DNA of 64,000 nt, from positions 1,201,944-1,265,943 of the forward strand of contig CP096134.1 of NCBI GenBank assembly GCA_023242925.1. The letters are read 5' to 3'. Shown one piece after another: positions 29,438 through 41,162 of the stretch. The notes beneath the pieces are model-generated. The model ran no database searches and had not been told where the DNA came from. It saw only the letters and a program-made list of their open reading frames with translations. Every line of letters begins with the position of its first letter. Within the stretch, counting starts at the first letter, position 1. Both the position numbers and the translations under genes were made by a program. The DNA is from Hyphomonadaceae bacterium JAD_PAG50586_4. GTDB taxonomy: Bacteria; Pseudomonadota; Alphaproteobacteria; Caulobacterales; Aquidulcibacteraceae.

Positions 29438-29800
29438 ATGAAGAAATTCGCTGCAATGGTCGCGTTCGGCTTGGCGCTCTCGACGGGCGCTGCGTTCGCC
29501 GACACGATGGCCAATGCGTTCGGCAACACGGTCGTCGTGACCTACGCCAACGGCGCGCAGGCTCGTTATCATTTCAACGCCGACAACAGCTTCGGTATCC
29601 ACGCACCGGACGGCAGCCATGTGCACGGCACATATGAACTTGCGGATGGTCAATTGTGCCTGACGCCAGCCGGCGGCGAGCGCGCGTGCGCGGCCTATGT
29701 CGGCGACAAGAATGTCGGCGACACCTGGACACAAACGGCGACCGATGGCTCGACCATCAACGTCGCGCTGGAAGCGGGCCGGGGCGGCCACGCGCACTAA
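29438..29800 (+). CDS. Small secreted hypothetical protein
   Basis: Signal peptide MKKFAAM...AAFA-D; beta-rich mature part with two Cys. Confidence 0.75.
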   Translation: MKKFAAMVAFGLALSTGAAFADTMANAFGNTVVVTYANGAQARYHFNADNSFGIHAPDGSHVHGTYELADGQLCLTPAGGERACAAYVGDKNVGDTWTQTATDGSTINVALEAGRGGHAH

Positions 29801-29808
29801 AGGTGAGC

Positions 29809-29831
29809 GAGCGGAGCTGAAAAGCTCCGCT
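29809..29831. terminator. Hairpin between convergent genes
   Basis: GAGCGGAGCT-GAA-AGCTCCGCTC, a perfect 10-bp stem. Confidence 0.7.
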
Positions 29832-30673
29832 CAATCCCGCAATAGTTCGTTTACGCCGGTCTTTGAACGCGTTTGGGCATCGACGCGTTTCACGATCACG
29901 ACGCATGCCAGGGACGCGCCGCCCTTCGGATCGGGCAGCGCGCCGGGCACGACAACAGAATAGGCCGGCACTTCGCCGCGCGTGATTTCGCCGGTGGCGC
30001 GGTCGACGATCTTGGTGCTTTGGCTGATGAACGTGCCCATCGCCAGCACAGCGCCTTCGCGCACGATGACACCTTCAGCCACTTCCGAACGCGCGCCGAT
30101 GAAGCAGCCGTCTTCGATGATGGTGGGATTGGCTTGCAGCGGCTCAAGCACGCCGCCAATGCCAGCGCCACCGCTCAGATGCACGTTCTTGCCGATCTGC
30201 GCGCACGAACCAACCGTCGCCCAGGTATCGACCATCGTGCCTTCATCGACGTACGCGCCGATATTCACGAAGCTCGGCATCAGCACGACGTTCTTGCCGA
30301 TGAAACTGCCGCGGCGCACCACCGCGCCCGGTACGGCGCGGAAGCCGGCTTTCTCGAAATCGTCGCCTTGCCAGCCTTCGGTTTTCAGGGGGACTTTGTC
30401 CCAATGGATCGCTTGACCAGCTGCGTGCATGCCGGGCGTGAACGCGGTGTTGGCGTTGAGGCGGAAGGAGAGCAGCACGGCCTTCTTCAGCCATTGGTGC
30501 GTGGTCCAACCACCATCAGCGCCGCGCTCAGCGACGCGCGCTTGGCCGCTGTCGAGCAGATCGAGTGCTGCCTGCACGGCGCGACCGTCGGCGCTAGCGC
30601 GTGCGGCGGGCGTGAGTTCGGTGCGCCGCTCCCAGGCGGCTTCGATGGCGGCGGAAAGATCAGAATGGCTCAT
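29831..30673 (-). CDS. dapD: Tetrahydrodipicolinate N-succinyltransferase
   Basis: [39 protein letters not shown] and GGVLEPLQA. Confidence 0.97.
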   Translation of the reverse strand: MSHSDLSAAIEAAWERRTELTPAARASADGRAVQAALDLLDSGQARVAERGADGGWTTHQWLKKAVLLSFRLNANTAFTPGMHAAGQAIHWDKVPLKTEGWQGDDFEKAGFRAVPGAVVRRGSFIGKNVVLMPSFVNIGAYVDEGTMVDTWATVGSCAQIGKNVHLSGGAGIGGVLEPLQANPTIIEDGCFIGARSEVAEGVIVREGAVLAMGTFISQSTKIVDRATGEITRGEVPAYSVVVPGALPDPKGGASLACVVIVKRVDAQTRSKTGVNELLRD

Positions 30674-30762
30674 GGCGTCGAGTTAGCCCTCGCCTGACGT
30701 GGTGGCAAGGATCGACAGGCCCGCGCGTCGGCTCAATAGTGTCGCCAAGAGGGAGCGAAACA

Positions 30763-31548
30763 ATGAGCGCATTCAAGGACGGTCTGCTGAACGGCAAAGT
30801 GGCGTTCATCGCCGGCGGTACGAGCGGCATCAATCTGGGCATCGCTACGCGCATGGCTGAGCTTGGCGCGAAAGTCGCCGTCGCGGGCCGCGATCTGGAG
30901 AAGGCGCAGCGCGCGGCGGCGTCGATCGGCCGCGGTGCGGTCGGCTATTCCACGGACGTGCGCGATTACGCAGCGACGCGCGCGGTGATGGAGCAAATCC
31001 ACGGTGCGTGGGGGCCGATGGACATCGTCGTCTCCGGCGCGGCGGGAAATTTTCTCTCGCCTGCGGCTGGCTTGTCCGCGAACGGCTTCAAGACGGTCGT
31101 CGATATCGATCTGCTTGGCACGTTCAACGTGTTTCGCGGCTGCTATGACCTCATCAAGAAGCCGGGCGCCTCGCTGATCGCGATCACGGCGGGCCAAGCG
31201 GTCAATCCGATGATGATGCAGATCCATGCCTGCGCGGCGAAGGCGGGCATCAACCAAGTCATTCGCGTCATGGCGATGGAATGGGGGCCGGAGGGCGTGC
31301 GCGTGAACGGGATTTCGCCCGGACCAATCGCGGGCACCGAGGGCATGGCGCGGCTCGCGCCCAATCCGGAAGTGACCAAAGCGCTGACCGGCCGTATCCC
31401 GCTGCGCCGCTTCGGCGAGATCAGCGAGATCGCGGAGAGCGCTGTGTTCTTGAGCTCCGATAGCGCCGCCTACATCACCGGCACGATTCTAGATTGCGAA
31501 GGCGGCTCACAATTAGGCGACGCGCGGAGCCCGCTGGAGCGGACTTAA
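30763..31548 (+). CDS. SDR family oxidoreductase, 2,4-dienoyl-CoA reductase (DECR2/SPS19)-like
   Basis: [15 protein letters not shown] and [14 protein letters not shown]; HACAAK replaces the usual YxxxK. Confidence 0.8.
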   Translation: MSAFKDGLLNGKVAFIAGGTSGINLGIATRMAELGAKVAVAGRDLEKAQRAAASIGRGAVGYSTDVRDYAATRAVMEQIHGAWGPMDIVVSGAAGNFLSPAAGLSANGFKTVVDIDLLGTFNVFRGCYDLIKKPGASLIAITAGQAVNPMMMQIHACAAKAGINQVIRVMAMEWGPEGVRVNGISPGPIAGTEGMARLAPNPEVTKALTGRIPLRRFGEISEIAESAVFLSSDSAAYITGTILDCEGGSQLGDARSPLERT

Positions 31549-32192
31549 GCGCCGATCCAGTCGCGCAACAATGTGTGCACGTCGTACGCATAATGTTGGA
31601 CATAAGACGGGCGTGGGTCCGGATGGACCGGGCCGACGAGGGCGGTGGCGAAGCCCATATCGTGCGCGGGTTCGAGGTTGCGCAGCGTGTCTTCGATCAA
31701 GATCGCGCGAGTGGGATCGATATCGAACGCCGTGCAGAGGCGCTCATAGGATTGCAATTGCGGCTTCGGCGCGTAGCCGGAATCGCCTAGATCGAAGACG
31801 TGCTCGAACAGATCGGCGAGGCCGAGCGCTTTCAGCGTGCGTTCGGCATGTCCGCCGCCGCCATTGGTGAAGATGATTTTGCGCCCGGGCAGCTTTGCGA
31901 TCAGCGCGGCGAGCTCGCGATCTTCGCCGAGTACGGAATAATCGACGTCATGCACGTCGAGCATGAAATCGTCGGCGTCGATGTCGTGATGGCGGCTGAG
32001 GCCGACGACGGTGGCGCCGTATTCGTGGAAATAGTGCTCGCGCAGCTCAAGCGCGCGCATCTCATCAACGCGAGCGTGCCGGGCGATATAGGACGTCATG
32101 CGCTCGCCAATTGCGTCGTAGAGCGTGGGCGCTGGGTAGAGCGTGTTGTCGAGATCGAACACCCAGTCGCGAATTCCCGCGAGCGGCATCAC
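31545..32192 (-). CDS. Pyrimidine 5'-nucleotidase (HAD)
   Basis: WVFDLDNTLYP, IIFTNG, KP and EDTLRNL. Confidence 0.9.
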   Translation of the reverse strand: MMPLAGIRDWVFDLDNTLYPAPTLYDAIGERMTSYIARHARVDEMRALELREHYFHEYGATVVGLSRHHDIDADDFMLDVHDVDYSVLGEDRELAALIAKLPGRKIIFTNGGGGHAERTLKALGLADLFEHVFDLGDSGYAPKPQLQSYERLCTAFDIDPTRAILIEDTLRNLEPAHDMGFATALVGPVHPDPRPSYVQHYAYDVHTLLRDWIGA

Positions 32193-33364
32193 TCACCTGT
32201 TCCGCGATCTTGCGTCGGCGCCGAGGGCGGTGCGAACCCTCGGCGTTGTGCATCGCTCGCCGGCGCTTCAGTGCCGTCAGGGGTCGCCGCCGCCATGCGC
32301 GGACGGACGCCGACATCAAGGAAGTCGCGCGTTTCAAACTCAACGACCAAGCCTTCGCGGCCGCGTGCGTTTATCGCCGCGAACGGTTCGGTGCGATAAT
32401 AGCGGCCTTCGCACTCGCCACGGCCGAGGATCGCAAAGCGCGAGGGGCTGGTGCAGAACGGTTCGCCCGCGGCGAGGTAGCGCGAGCCTTCCGGCGTATC
32501 CATCGCTGCGTACACGAAATAGCGCTCCTGCATCAGCACTTCGTCAATCACGCGCACGCACGTATCGGCATTGAGCGGCCACCAGCCGCGGCTCTCCCAT
32601 CCTTCGCCGCGACGACGGCCCACCGCCGTCCACACGCGCGCATTGGTGCGGTTGCAGAGCGTGAGGCCGACTTGGCTTGCGCGGCGACGCGCGGCGGTTT
32701 CAAGCGCGTCGATCAATTGATCTTCGCTGGCGTTGGGCGATAGACGCGCGACCGAGCGGAATTGCGCGATGGCCTGCGCGATGGCGCGCGGATCCACGCC
32801 GCGACGGCCTTCCGGCACGCTATAGCCGGCGTCATCCAACAGACGCTGCAAGCCGCGCTGGCGTGCGCGCGCCAGAGTATATTGCTGAGCTTCCGAGAAC
32901 GAGGTGCGCCAGCTGTCGCGCTTGTTGATTTGCACGCGGCGGAAGCGGCGTTCTTCCAAGCCCTGCGGCGCGCATTGGGGCGGGTTCTCGATCGAGAACG
33001 AACTGGCGGGATCGACGCAGAGAATGCCGTCGCCGGCCCATTGGCGCCGGCCGCCGCGATGCGCGGAGGAGGTGCGGGCATAGAGATAGTGCGTGCCGCG
33101 CGCCAGCGGCGCTGCAATCGCGGTGCGGCATTCGCCGGGGCGCAGACGTGTCCAACCTTGCACGATGATGGAGCGATTGTCCGGGCGCCCGGTAGCGGCT
33201 TCGAGCACGAAGCTCGTCTCGTTGCAGACTTGCCAGCCATTGGCGCGGTCGCGTTGTTGCGCGTCGGCGCGATGCGCGAACACAAAGAACGCCGCGAGCG
33301 CGACGCAAACAAGACCGGCGAAAGCGCCGAGCTTAATCAGCCTTGATGAGCGTGCCTGCGCCAT
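32189..33364 (-). CDS. Secreted protein with two DUF1036 domains and a central PGBD-like segment
   Basis: Repeats VCNETS...[10 protein letters not shown] and LCNRTN...[10 protein letters not shown], separated by [11 protein letters not shown]...AIAQF. Confidence 0.75.
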   Translation of the reverse strand: MAQARSSRLIKLGAFAGLVCVALAAFFVFAHRADAQQRDRANGWQVCNETSFVLEAATGRPDNRSIIVQGWTRLRPGECRTAIAAPLARGTHYLYARTSSAHRGGRRQWAGDGILCVDPASSFSIENPPQCAPQGLEERRFRRVQINKRDSWRTSFSEAQQYTLARARQRGLQRLLDDAGYSVPEGRRGVDPRAIAQAIAQFRSVARLSPNASEDQLIDALETAARRRASQVGLTLCNRTNARVWTAVGRRRGEGWESRGWWPLNADTCVRVIDEVLMQERYFVYAAMDTPEGSRYLAAGEPFCTSPSRFAILGRGECEGRYYRTEPFAAINARGREGLVVEFETRDFLDVGVRPRMAAATPDGTEAPASDAQRRGFAPPSAPTQDRGTGE

Positions 33365-34259
33365 AATCGGTGAACAATTCCATGAGCAGGACGTGCGGCG
33401 AGCGCCCGTCGAGGATGACAGCTGCTTCGACGCCGTGATCGACAGCGGTGATGCAGGTTTCGAGTTTCGGAATCATGCCGCCGGTGGCGACGCCGTCCTT
33501 GATCGCCTTGCGCGCATCTTCGGCGGACATTTCGCGGATCAGTTCGCCGTCCTTGTCGAGCACGCCCGGCACATCGGAAAGCAGCAGGAAGCGTTTGGCG
33601 CTCAGCGCCTTTGCAATGGCGCCGGCGGCGGTGTCGGCGTTGATATTATAAGTACGGCCGTCCTCGGCGACGCCGATCGGGGCGATCACGGGGATGTAAT
33701 CTTCGGGCGCGTTGATTAGCGCTTGGATCAAAGTCGGATCGACTTCGGTCGGTTCGCCGACGTAACCCAGATCGATTGCTTGCTCGATCATGCTGTCGGG
33801 GTCTTTGCGCGTGCGTACGACTTTCTCGCAGGTAATGATCCGTGCGTCCTTGCCTGAGAGGCCGACGCCGCGCACGTCCGCTTCGCGCCCCTCGGAGGTG
33901 ATGAGGTGCGCGAGCTCTTTATTGACGCTGCCGGAAAGCACCATCTCCGCCACTTCCATGGTATCGGAATCGGTGACGCGCAAACCATCCACGAACTCGG
34001 ATTTCACTCCCGCCTTTTGCAGCATGCGGCTGATCTGGGGACCGCCGCCATGCACCACGACCGGATGCATGCCCACCAGCTTCAGAAGAACGATGTCTGC
34101 GGCGAATTTGCGGGCGGTTTCGGTGTCGCCCATGGCGTGGCCGCCATATTTCACGACGATCGTCTCGCGATCGTAGATCTGAATGTATGGCAGCGCTTCG
34201 GCGAGCGTCTTTGCCGAGGCGAGGCCTTCCGCGAGCCGGGCGGCGTGATCTTTGGACAT
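33333..34259 (-). CDS. argB: Acetylglutamate kinase
   Basis: [30 protein letters not shown] and GGMIPK. Confidence 0.97.
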   Translation of the reverse strand: MSKDHAARLAEGLASAKTLAEALPYIQIYDRETIVVKYGGHAMGDTETARKFAADIVLLKLVGMHPVVVHGGGPQISRMLQKAGVKSEFVDGLRVTDSDTMEVAEMVLSGSVNKELAHLITSEGREADVRGVGLSGKDARIITCEKVVRTRKDPDSMIEQAIDLGYVGEPTEVDPTLIQALINAPEDYIPVIAPIGVAEDGRTYNINADTAAGAIAKALSAKRFLLLSDVPGVLDKDGELIREMSAEDARKAIKDGVATGGMIPKLETCITAVDHGVEAAVILDGRSPHVLLMELFTDYGAGTLIKAD

Positions 34260-34296
34260 CTTGTTCACGGAAGCTTTTCCTAAGCCGTTCGCACGA

Positions 34297-34929
34297 TCAC
34301 GCCAAGGCCGTGATTTCAGCGCGTAGAATATCGATGCCTTGGCCGGTCTCGGAAGAGGTTGCGATAATTTCAGGATGCGCCGCGGGCCGCTTGACGATGG
34401 CGGCGCGTACGCCTTCGAGCGTTTCAGCCAGCTCGGTTGGTTTGATCTTGTCAGCCTTGGTGAGCACGATCTGATAGATCACCGCCGTGGTGTCGAGCGT
34501 GTCCATGACTTCTTTGTCATACGGCTTCAGACCGTGGCGCGCGTCGATCAGCAAGATCACGCGGTGCAGCGTCGGACGGCCACGCAGATAATCGCGGATG
34601 AGCGTCGTCCAGCGATTGATCTCTGATTTGCCGGCTTTGGCGTAGCCGTAGCCCGGCATGTCGACGAGCCGCAGCCGATCGCCGACACGGAAGAAATTGA
34701 GCTCGCGCGTGCGGCCAGGCTCGGTTGACGCGCGCGCCAACTTGTTGCGGCCGGTGACGGCGTTGATCAGCGATGACTTGCCGACATTGGAGCGGCCGGC
34801 GAACGCCACCTCCGGCAGCGAGGAATCCGGAAGAAACTCCATGCTCGGCACGCCGCGTTCGAAATCGACAGGGCCTGCGAAAAGCAGCCGCCCAGCTTCG
34901 ATCCATTCCGCGTGCTCTTGGGCGTCCAT
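34297..34929 (-). CDS. yihA: Ribosome biogenesis GTPase YihA/YsxC
   Basis: [27 protein letters not shown] and LTKADK. Confidence 0.96.
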   Translation of the reverse strand: MDAQEHAEWIEAGRLLFAGPVDFERGVPSMEFLPDSSLPEVAFAGRSNVGKSSLINAVTGRNKLARASTEPGRTRELNFFRVGDRLRLVDMPGYGYAKAGKSEINRWTTLIRDYLRGRPTLHRVILLIDARHGLKPYDKEVMDTLDTTAVIYQIVLTKADKIKPTELAETLEGVRAAIVKRPAAHPEIIATSSETGQGIDILRAEITALA

Positions 34930-34939
34930 GTTCTCTTCC

Positions 34940-34975
34940 GTGATCCCGGCCGACCGGAGGAAGAGCCGGGACCCA
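34940..34975. repeat. REP-like palindromic intergenic element
   Basis: GTGATCCCGGC...GCCGGGACCCA. A similar TCCCGG...GCCGGGA stem lies at 37282-37302. Confidence 0.5.
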
Positions 34976-34984
34976 GGGCTGAAT

Positions 34985-36856
34985 TTACTCGGCAGCTTTC
35001 GCGCCGCTTCCGAAGCGTTTGGCAAGGAACGTGTCGAGCTGCGTCGCCACACCTTGGCGGCGCATGATGACGTATTGCTGCAGGATCGAAAGCGCGTTCG
35101 ACCACGTCCAATAGATCACGAGGCCAGCCGGGAAGGCCGCGAACATCACCGTGAACAGGATCGGCAGGAAGCGGAAGATCTGCGCCTGCACCGGATCGGT
35201 TGGCGGCGGCGACAGCGCCTGCAGAGCCCACATCGACACACCGTAAAGGATCGGCCACGCGCCAATCAGCAGAAAGGCCGGTACGTCGAACGGCAGCAGG
35301 CCGAAGAGATTGAACAGCGAGGTTGGGTCGCGCGCCGAGAGATCGTTGATCCAGCCGACGAACGGCGCATGCCGCATTTCGATCGTGACGCTCAGCGTCT
35401 TGTAGAGCGCGAAGAAGACCGGGATTTGCAGAAGGATCGGTATGCAGCCCGCGACCGGGTTGATCTTCTCAGTTTGATAGAGCTTCAAGATTTCCTGTTG
35501 CTGACGCTGCTTATCGGCGGCGTAGCGTTCCTGCACTTCCTTCATCTTCGGCGCGAGCGCACGCATCTTCGCCATCGACTTGAACGATTGATAGACGAGC
35601 GGGAACAGCAGGATTTTGATCACGATCGTGGAGGCCAAGATCGCGAGGCCGAAATTAAACACCACACCCCAATCGGCGAAAATCTGCGCTAGCGGGTGCA
35701 GTAGCCACTGAAAGAACGGCCGCGTCAGAAACCAGAAATTGCCCCAGTCGATCGCGTCGTCAAAGCGCGGGATCGCCATATCGGCCTGATAATCGCGCAA
35801 AAGTTCGTAGCGCTTGGCGCCAGCGAACAGGTGCTGGGTGTAAGTGGCTTCGCCGCCCGCGGCGATCTCGCGCCAATCACCGCGATAGGCGGCGCGATAA
35901 TCGTTCACCGCGCCTTCGGAGCGCGCGTCGAAATAGGTTGAGACACGTTCGGTTGGGGCGGGAATGATCGCCGCCAGCCAATAGTGATCGGTAATGCCAA
36001 GCCAGCCGCCTTGACCTTGCATCTCGTCGATGCGCTCGTCGGCGCCAACGCGGCCGCGGTCGCGATCGCGGATGTGTTTGTTGGCGTTCTCGTAGGTGAC
36101 CTGGCGCAAATTATTGTTTTCGCCAAAGGCGCCGATCAGGCCCTGGTGCACGATCTGATTGCGCACGTAATCCTGCGGCAAGCCCATACGGCGCACCGCG
36201 CCGAACGGGCGCGCACTGACGGGCGCGCCGGACGTGTTGCGCACGACGTCCGTGATCGTGAACATATAATTTTGGTCGATCGAGATCGTGCGCTCGATGG
36301 TGAGGCCCTCGGCGGCGACGAGCGTCAGCGTAACCGGCGTTTGCGGCGTCAGGCGCGCGCCTTCGGCGACAGTCCAGCCGCTATTGGCGTCGGCCAAGGT
36401 GGCGGTGTTTTCGCCAGCGCGGGCTTCCCAGCCGAAGAAGGCGTCGTGCGCGAACTCGGCCGCACGCGGCGCGAGCAGCGTGACCTCGCCGCTGTCTTGT
36501 TCGATCGTGCGGCGATAGTCGCGCAAATTCAGATCGTCGATGCGCGCGCCTTGCAGCGCGATCGAACCATCGACTTCGGGCGTGTCGATGACGATGCGGG
36601 CGCCGGCGGATTGGGCCAGCACTTGCTCACGCGCAATCGGCCCAGAGGGCGGCGCTTCGGTGGTTGCGCCTTCGCCTTCGGCGCTGGCCGCCGGTTGCGT
36701 CGCCTCAATGCGGGCTTGCTCTTCTGCTTGGAGGCGGGCGCGTTGGGGCGCGTTGTAGAAGAATTCGAAGCCGAAAAGGATCGCCGCCGAAAGCGCGATG
36801 GCGATGATGACGTTTCGGGTCTCGCCAGGGCCTGGGCCGCCGCCGGAAGTCTGCAT
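34985..36856 (-). CDS. yidC: Membrane protein insertase YidC
   Basis: [32 protein letters not shown] and [10 protein letters not shown]. Confidence 0.97.
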   Translation of the reverse strand: MQTSGGGPGPGETRNVIIAIALSAAILFGFEFFYNAPQRARLQAEEQARIEATQPAASAEGEGATTEAPPSGPIAREQVLAQSAGARIVIDTPEVDGSIALQGARIDDLNLRDYRRTIEQDSGEVTLLAPRAAEFAHDAFFGWEARAGENTATLADANSGWTVAEGARLTPQTPVTLTLVAAEGLTIERTISIDQNYMFTITDVVRNTSGAPVSARPFGAVRRMGLPQDYVRNQIVHQGLIGAFGENNNLRQVTYENANKHIRDRDRGRVGADERIDEMQGQGGWLGITDHYWLAAIIPAPTERVSTYFDARSEGAVNDYRAAYRGDWREIAAGGEATYTQHLFAGAKRYELLRDYQADMAIPRFDDAIDWGNFWFLTRPFFQWLLHPLAQIFADWGVVFNFGLAILASTIVIKILLFPLVYQSFKSMAKMRALAPKMKEVQERYAADKQRQQQEILKLYQTEKINPVAGCIPILLQIPVFFALYKTLSVTIEMRHAPFVGWINDLSARDPTSLFNLFGLLPFDVPAFLLIGAWPILYGVSMWALQALSPPPTDPVQAQIFRFLPILFTVMFAAFPAGLVIYWTWSNALSILQQYVIMRRQGVATQLDTFLAKRFGSGAKAAE

Positions 36857-36862
36857 GATGCT

Positions 36863-37279
36863 TTAGTCGCTTTCGGTAGGGGTTTTGGGCGGTTTGCTCG
36901 CGCGAATTTCGAGGGCGCGCCGATGCCCGGTTTCCAACTCGGCGCGGAGCCTTATCAGCGCGTTTCCAACATCGTCAAGCAAGGCGTCCCAGGGGGCGTC
37001 TGGGGCGCCTTGACGCGCCACCAGCACGTAATCGACGCCACGCAGGCCGTGCTGGGGCAGCAACTGGCGGGCCGCCTCTCGAAGCCGGCGTTTGGCCCGG
37101 TTGCGGGTCACCGCGTTGCCCACCTTTTTGCTGGCGGTGAAACCCGCGCCGATCGGGCCGTCCTCGGCGCGCCGGCGCGCTTCGATCAGCACGCAGCCGC
37201 GCCCGGCCCGCGCGCCTTGGCGCACGAACAGGAATTCCGCCCGCTTGCGCAGGCGCTGGAGGATTGGTTTAGAGGTCAT
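36863..37279 (-). CDS. rnpA: Ribonuclease P protein component
   Basis: RLRKRAEF and GFTASKKVGNAVTRNRAKRRLR. Confidence 0.96.
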   Translation of the reverse strand: MTSKPILQRLRKRAEFLFVRQGARAGRGCVLIEARRRAEDGPIGAGFTASKKVGNAVTRNRAKRRLREAARQLLPQHGLRGVDYVLVARQGAPDAPWDALLDDVGNALIRLRAELETGHRRALEIRASKPPKTPTESD

Positions 37280-37281
37280 TT

Positions 37282-37320
37282 TCCCGGTTCGTTCAGCCGG
37301 GATGCCGGCTCAAAGCCGGC
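37282..37320. repeat. Paired hairpins / REP-like element between rpmH and rnpA
   Basis: TCCCGG...CCGGGA followed by GCCGGCT-CAA-AGCCGGC. Confidence 0.45.
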
Positions 37321-37336
37321 GGTGCAAGGCCGCTGA

Positions 37337-37477
37337 TTAGGCGGAGAGCTTCTTGCGGCCCTTGGCGCGGCGACGGGCCAGCACCTTTTGGCCGCCTGCA
37401 GTGGCCATACGGGCGCGGAAACCGTGGCGACGCTTACGGACGAGCCGGCTCGGTTGATAGGTCCGCTTGGTGCTCAC
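37337..37477 (-). CDS. rpmH: 50S ribosomal protein L34 (not in the ORF track)
   Basis: GTG start; [46 protein letters not shown]. Confidence 0.97.
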   Translation of the reverse strand: MSTKRTYQPSRLVRKRRHGFRARMATAGGQKVLARRRAKGRKKLSA

Positions 37478-37549
37478 AACGCGTCTCGATCTTTAAGGTG
37501 TAAAAACGAAGGGGCGGGAATTAGCCTAGCCCCTGGCGAGCGTCAAGGC

Positions 37550-37657
37550 TCAGACCGGAAGGAATGCACGGACCACGAGAATTCCGATTGCGGCAAGCCA
37601 TACCGCACCGAGAACCAGGGTTGCGCGCTGTCGGCGTGCTTTGGGTTGCGGGTGCAT
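37550..37657 (-). CDS. 35-aa single-TM peptide
   Basis: MHPQPKARRQRATLVLGAVWLAAIGILVVRAFLPV*; SD GGAG upstream. Confidence 0.5.
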   Translation of the reverse strand: MHPQPKARRQRATLVLGAVWLAAIGILVVRAFLPV

Positions 37658-37805
37658 AAAAGTCGCTCCGTTAGGGTGAGGCGGGAGCTGGCGTTGTGTC
37701 TCAGTTGCTGGCGGCCTCAAGGTTAAGGTTCCGTGGGCCGGCAATATTCACAGTTTAAGGCTATAACCCACCCGCCAACAGTGAATTTTCGGGCAAGGCT
37801 GGTTC

Positions 37806-39309
37806 TTGACCGCGGAACCCAGGACAGCGTTCCCCCGCTCGGCTAAGGGCTTAGGGGTCGATGACGCTGCCTTTGCCCCCGCCCGGCCCGCTGGTCCGCT
37901 CCAGCGTGTGCGCGCGTTCATCGACAGCCTTGCAGGCCGATTGCTGGCGCTGACGGTGCTGGCGGTGGTTGCCGGGGAGATTTTCGTGTTCGCGCCGGCC
38001 TTGGCGGGCTTTCACGAAAGCTGGCTGCGCGAACGCGTGAGCTTGGCCCAGATCGCCGCGCTCGCGCTTGAAGTGACGCCCGAATACGAGATCGCGGATC
38101 TCGCTCGAGTACGAATTGTTGACGAACGCCGGCGTGCAGCGCGTGGCGATGCAACGCGACGGTGAGCGCGTGTTGTTGCTGGAACGCGAGCCGCTGCGAC
38201 CGGCCACGCACGTCGTGGTGTATGATTACACGCAGGCGACGGGCTTCCAGCGTTTCCGCTGGTCGGTGGAAACCTTCTTCGCGCCGCCCGGCCGGGCGTT
38301 GCGCGTGCTGTCGCGGCCGCGCTTTGAGAGCGGTGAATTCATCGAGATCGTTCTGGATGAGGCGCCTCTGAAGCGCGCGATGGAGCGGTTCGCACAGAGT
38401 TTCGTACGCATATCCACGCTCATCCTCATGGCGGCGGGGGCGCTGATCTATGTGGCGCTCACAGCGGCGTTCGTGCGGCCGATGCTTGATCTCACGCTCG
38501 CCATTGAGCGCTTCCGCGACAAACCGGAGGACGTCTCGATCGCGTTCCCGCGCAGCCAACGCACCGATGAGATTGGCCGTGCGCAGCGCGCTGCGGCGGA
38601 CATGGCCGAGCAGGTGCGTAACGCCCTGCGCCAGAATGAACGGCTTGCCGCTTTAGGCGCGGCCGTCGCGCGGATTGGGCACGATCTGCGCAATATGCTG
38701 TCAACGGCGCAACTCGTCGCCGATCGCCTGGCGCAGTCAGAAGATCCCGCTGTGCGCCAACTCGCGCCGCGTCTGGAGCGGACCATCGATCGCGCCGCGG
38801 GGTTGGCGGCGAGCACGCTGAAATACGGGCGCGCCGACGAAGACCCGCCGGTGCTGGCGCGCGTGATCGTCGCGGATGCGGCGGAAGAGGCGGCGGCCGA
38901 TGCGCTGATTGGTTTTGGCGCCACCGAGTACAAGCACGACATCGAGAAGGGCCTCGCCTGCATCGCGGACGCCGATCACCTGCATCGCATTCTTGTGAAC
39001 CTCATCCGCAACGCCGGTCAGGCGATGAAGGAACACACGCGGCGCGACAAGGATCGCAGCGTGCTCATTCGCGGCATGCGCATGGAAGGACGTTGTGAGA
39101 TCGAGGTGATCGACCACGGCCCCGGCGTGCGCGAGAATTTGCGCGGGCGCTTGTTTGAGCCGTTTGTCTCGGCAGCGCCTGAAGCTGGCGGCACCGGGCT
39201 CGGCCTCGCCATCGCACGCGAACTGACGCGCGCGATGGGCGGCGAGCTTGAATTGACGCGAACCGGCGCCGAAGGCTCGACCTTCAAGATTACCTTGCCG
39301 GCGGCGTAG
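37806..39309 (+). CDS. Sensor histidine kinase (TM-periplasmic-TM-HAMP-HisKA-HATPase); frameshift near 38100
   Basis: IGHDLRNML, NLIRNAGQA, DHGPGV and GTGLGLAI; the two ORFs join at EIADSLEYELLTNAG. Confidence 0.88.
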
Positions 39310-41078
39310 TCGCGGCGGCTTGTGCGGTGGACGGAATGCGGCCAACGATGCCTTCACGGCGCGGATCGGCGCCGCCCTCAAAGCCATTGGGTCGCACGCG
39401 GATAGCGTGGATGCCGCTTTCCTCGAGCCCCGTCACATCGCGGAATTCCCAACCGCGCCGCGTCAGCGCCTCGCCGACACCCGCAGGCAAGCGGGTGGGC
39501 TCAAGGTTCGCGGGCGAGAAGCGCGCGGTGATGTTGGAAAGATTGATCGCGTCCTGCACCGGCATGTTCCAATCGAGGATGCCGATCGTGGTGCGCGCCA
39601 CATAGCCGATGATCGATGAGCCGCCCGGCGAGCCGATCACCATCTGCAATTCGCCGTCTTGATCGGTGATGATCACCGGCGACATCGAGGAGCGCGGCCG
39701 CTTGTTCGGCGCCGCTGCATTTGCGAGAGGGCGACCGTTCAATGTCGGTTCGAACGCAAAGTCCGTCAGCTCATTGTTGAGGAAGAAGCCCGACGCCATG
39801 CGTTGCGAGCCGAACACGCTCTCCACGGTCGCCGTCATCGACACGGCGTTGCCCCATGCATCGATGATGGAGAGGTGGGTGGTGCCGTGGTCTTCGCTGT
39901 CATCGCGCCCCCAGCGCTCGTAAAGCTCAGCACCAGCCGGCTGTCCCGCGCCGACATGGCCTGGCGCGCGCGCCAAATTGATCTCAGCGGCGCGGCTATC
40001 GAGATAGGCGGGTGCGTACAATTCTTGTGTCGGCGTCGGCACGAATTGATCGTCGGCCATGTAATGATCGCGATCTGCGTAAGCGAGCCGGCTCGCCCAC
40101 AGGAACGCCGCCCAATCATCAGGATTGCTCGCACCGCCCGGTTGCGGGCGCGCGCGCTCGTAGAGGCCGAGGATAGAAAGCACTGCGTTGCCGGATGTTG
40201 GCGAACCCAAGGTGCAGACGCGATAGATGCGATAGGCGCCGCAGATTGGTTCAAGCCGACGCGGTTGTGCCGCCTGCAAGTCGGCAAGCGTGAGCGTGCC
40301 GCCGCGCGGGTTGCGGCGGGCGGCAGCGACGATCAGAATCCGCGATCGGGCCTTGCGTCATGGCGGCAGGGCCTTGCGCGGCGATCGCGCGCAAACTGTT
40401 CGCGTAGGCCGCGTTGCGCAACAATGTGCCGGCTGGCAGCGGCGCGCCTTCGCGATCAAACAGATAGGCGCGCGCCTGGAAATCGGCGCGCAAACGGCCG
40501 CGTTCGCCAGCGCCGGCGATCATGCGCGCCATGCGCGGCGAAATTTCAAAGCCTTCGTCGGCGAGCCGGATCGCCGGCTCGAACAGGCGCGCCCACGGCA
40601 AGCGGCCGTGATCGTCATGCGCGAGCTTCAGCATCGGGATCAGCAGCGGCACGCCGGTGGAGCGGCCGCTGGCTTGTGCGTCGAGAAACGCCATCGGCCG
40701 GCCGCGCGCGTCGAGGAACATTTCGGGCGTCGCGCCCGCCGGCGCCCATTCGCGTCCGTCATAGCCGACCATTTGCTCGGTGCGGCCGTCATAGAAGAGC
40801 ATGAAGCCGCCGCCGCCGAGGCCGGAGCTCTGCGGCTCCACCAAGCCCAACACCAATTCCGCTGCGACCGCCGCATCCACGGCCGAGCCGCCGGCGCGCA
40901 ACATTTCGAGCGCGGCTTCGACGGCATGCGGGTTCGCCGCAACGGCCATGGCTTCGCCGCGCGGCGCGGGTTCGCCGCGACCGCTTGGGCCGGCGCTGGT
41001 TGAAGATGTTGTGGCGCAGGCCGCGAGCGCCAGTGCGAAAAGGAGGGCGCCGAAGCGCTGAGGCAGGGAATAAAGCAT
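39290..41078 (-). CDS. ggt: Gamma-glutamyltransferase; frameshift near 40336
   Basis: GGSAVDAAVA...VEPQSSGLGGGGF; nucleophile TTHLS; NNELTDF; RPRSSMSP; GSPGGSSI; GGADPRREG. Confidence 0.92.
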
Positions 41079-41162
41079 CCCCCGTTTCGTACACGCCGGA
41101 ATCGATTTGAGAAAACCCCTAAAGGACTTGCGCTTTGACGCATGCCGAGGTTCCTGGCCGCC

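Noticed and set aside
34658-37336. Long antisense ORFs opposite yihA/yidC/rnpA, and similar ones at 23785-25020, 27073-28104 and 44917-46335
   Set aside because: Shadow ORFs expected in high-GC DNA; they have no motifs and lie fully opposite well-supported genes.
37658-37805. Possible oriC next to rpmH
   Set aside because: Only one DnaA-box-like 9-mer (ATATTCACA, 37744-37752), no AT-rich unwinding element and no dnaA gene.
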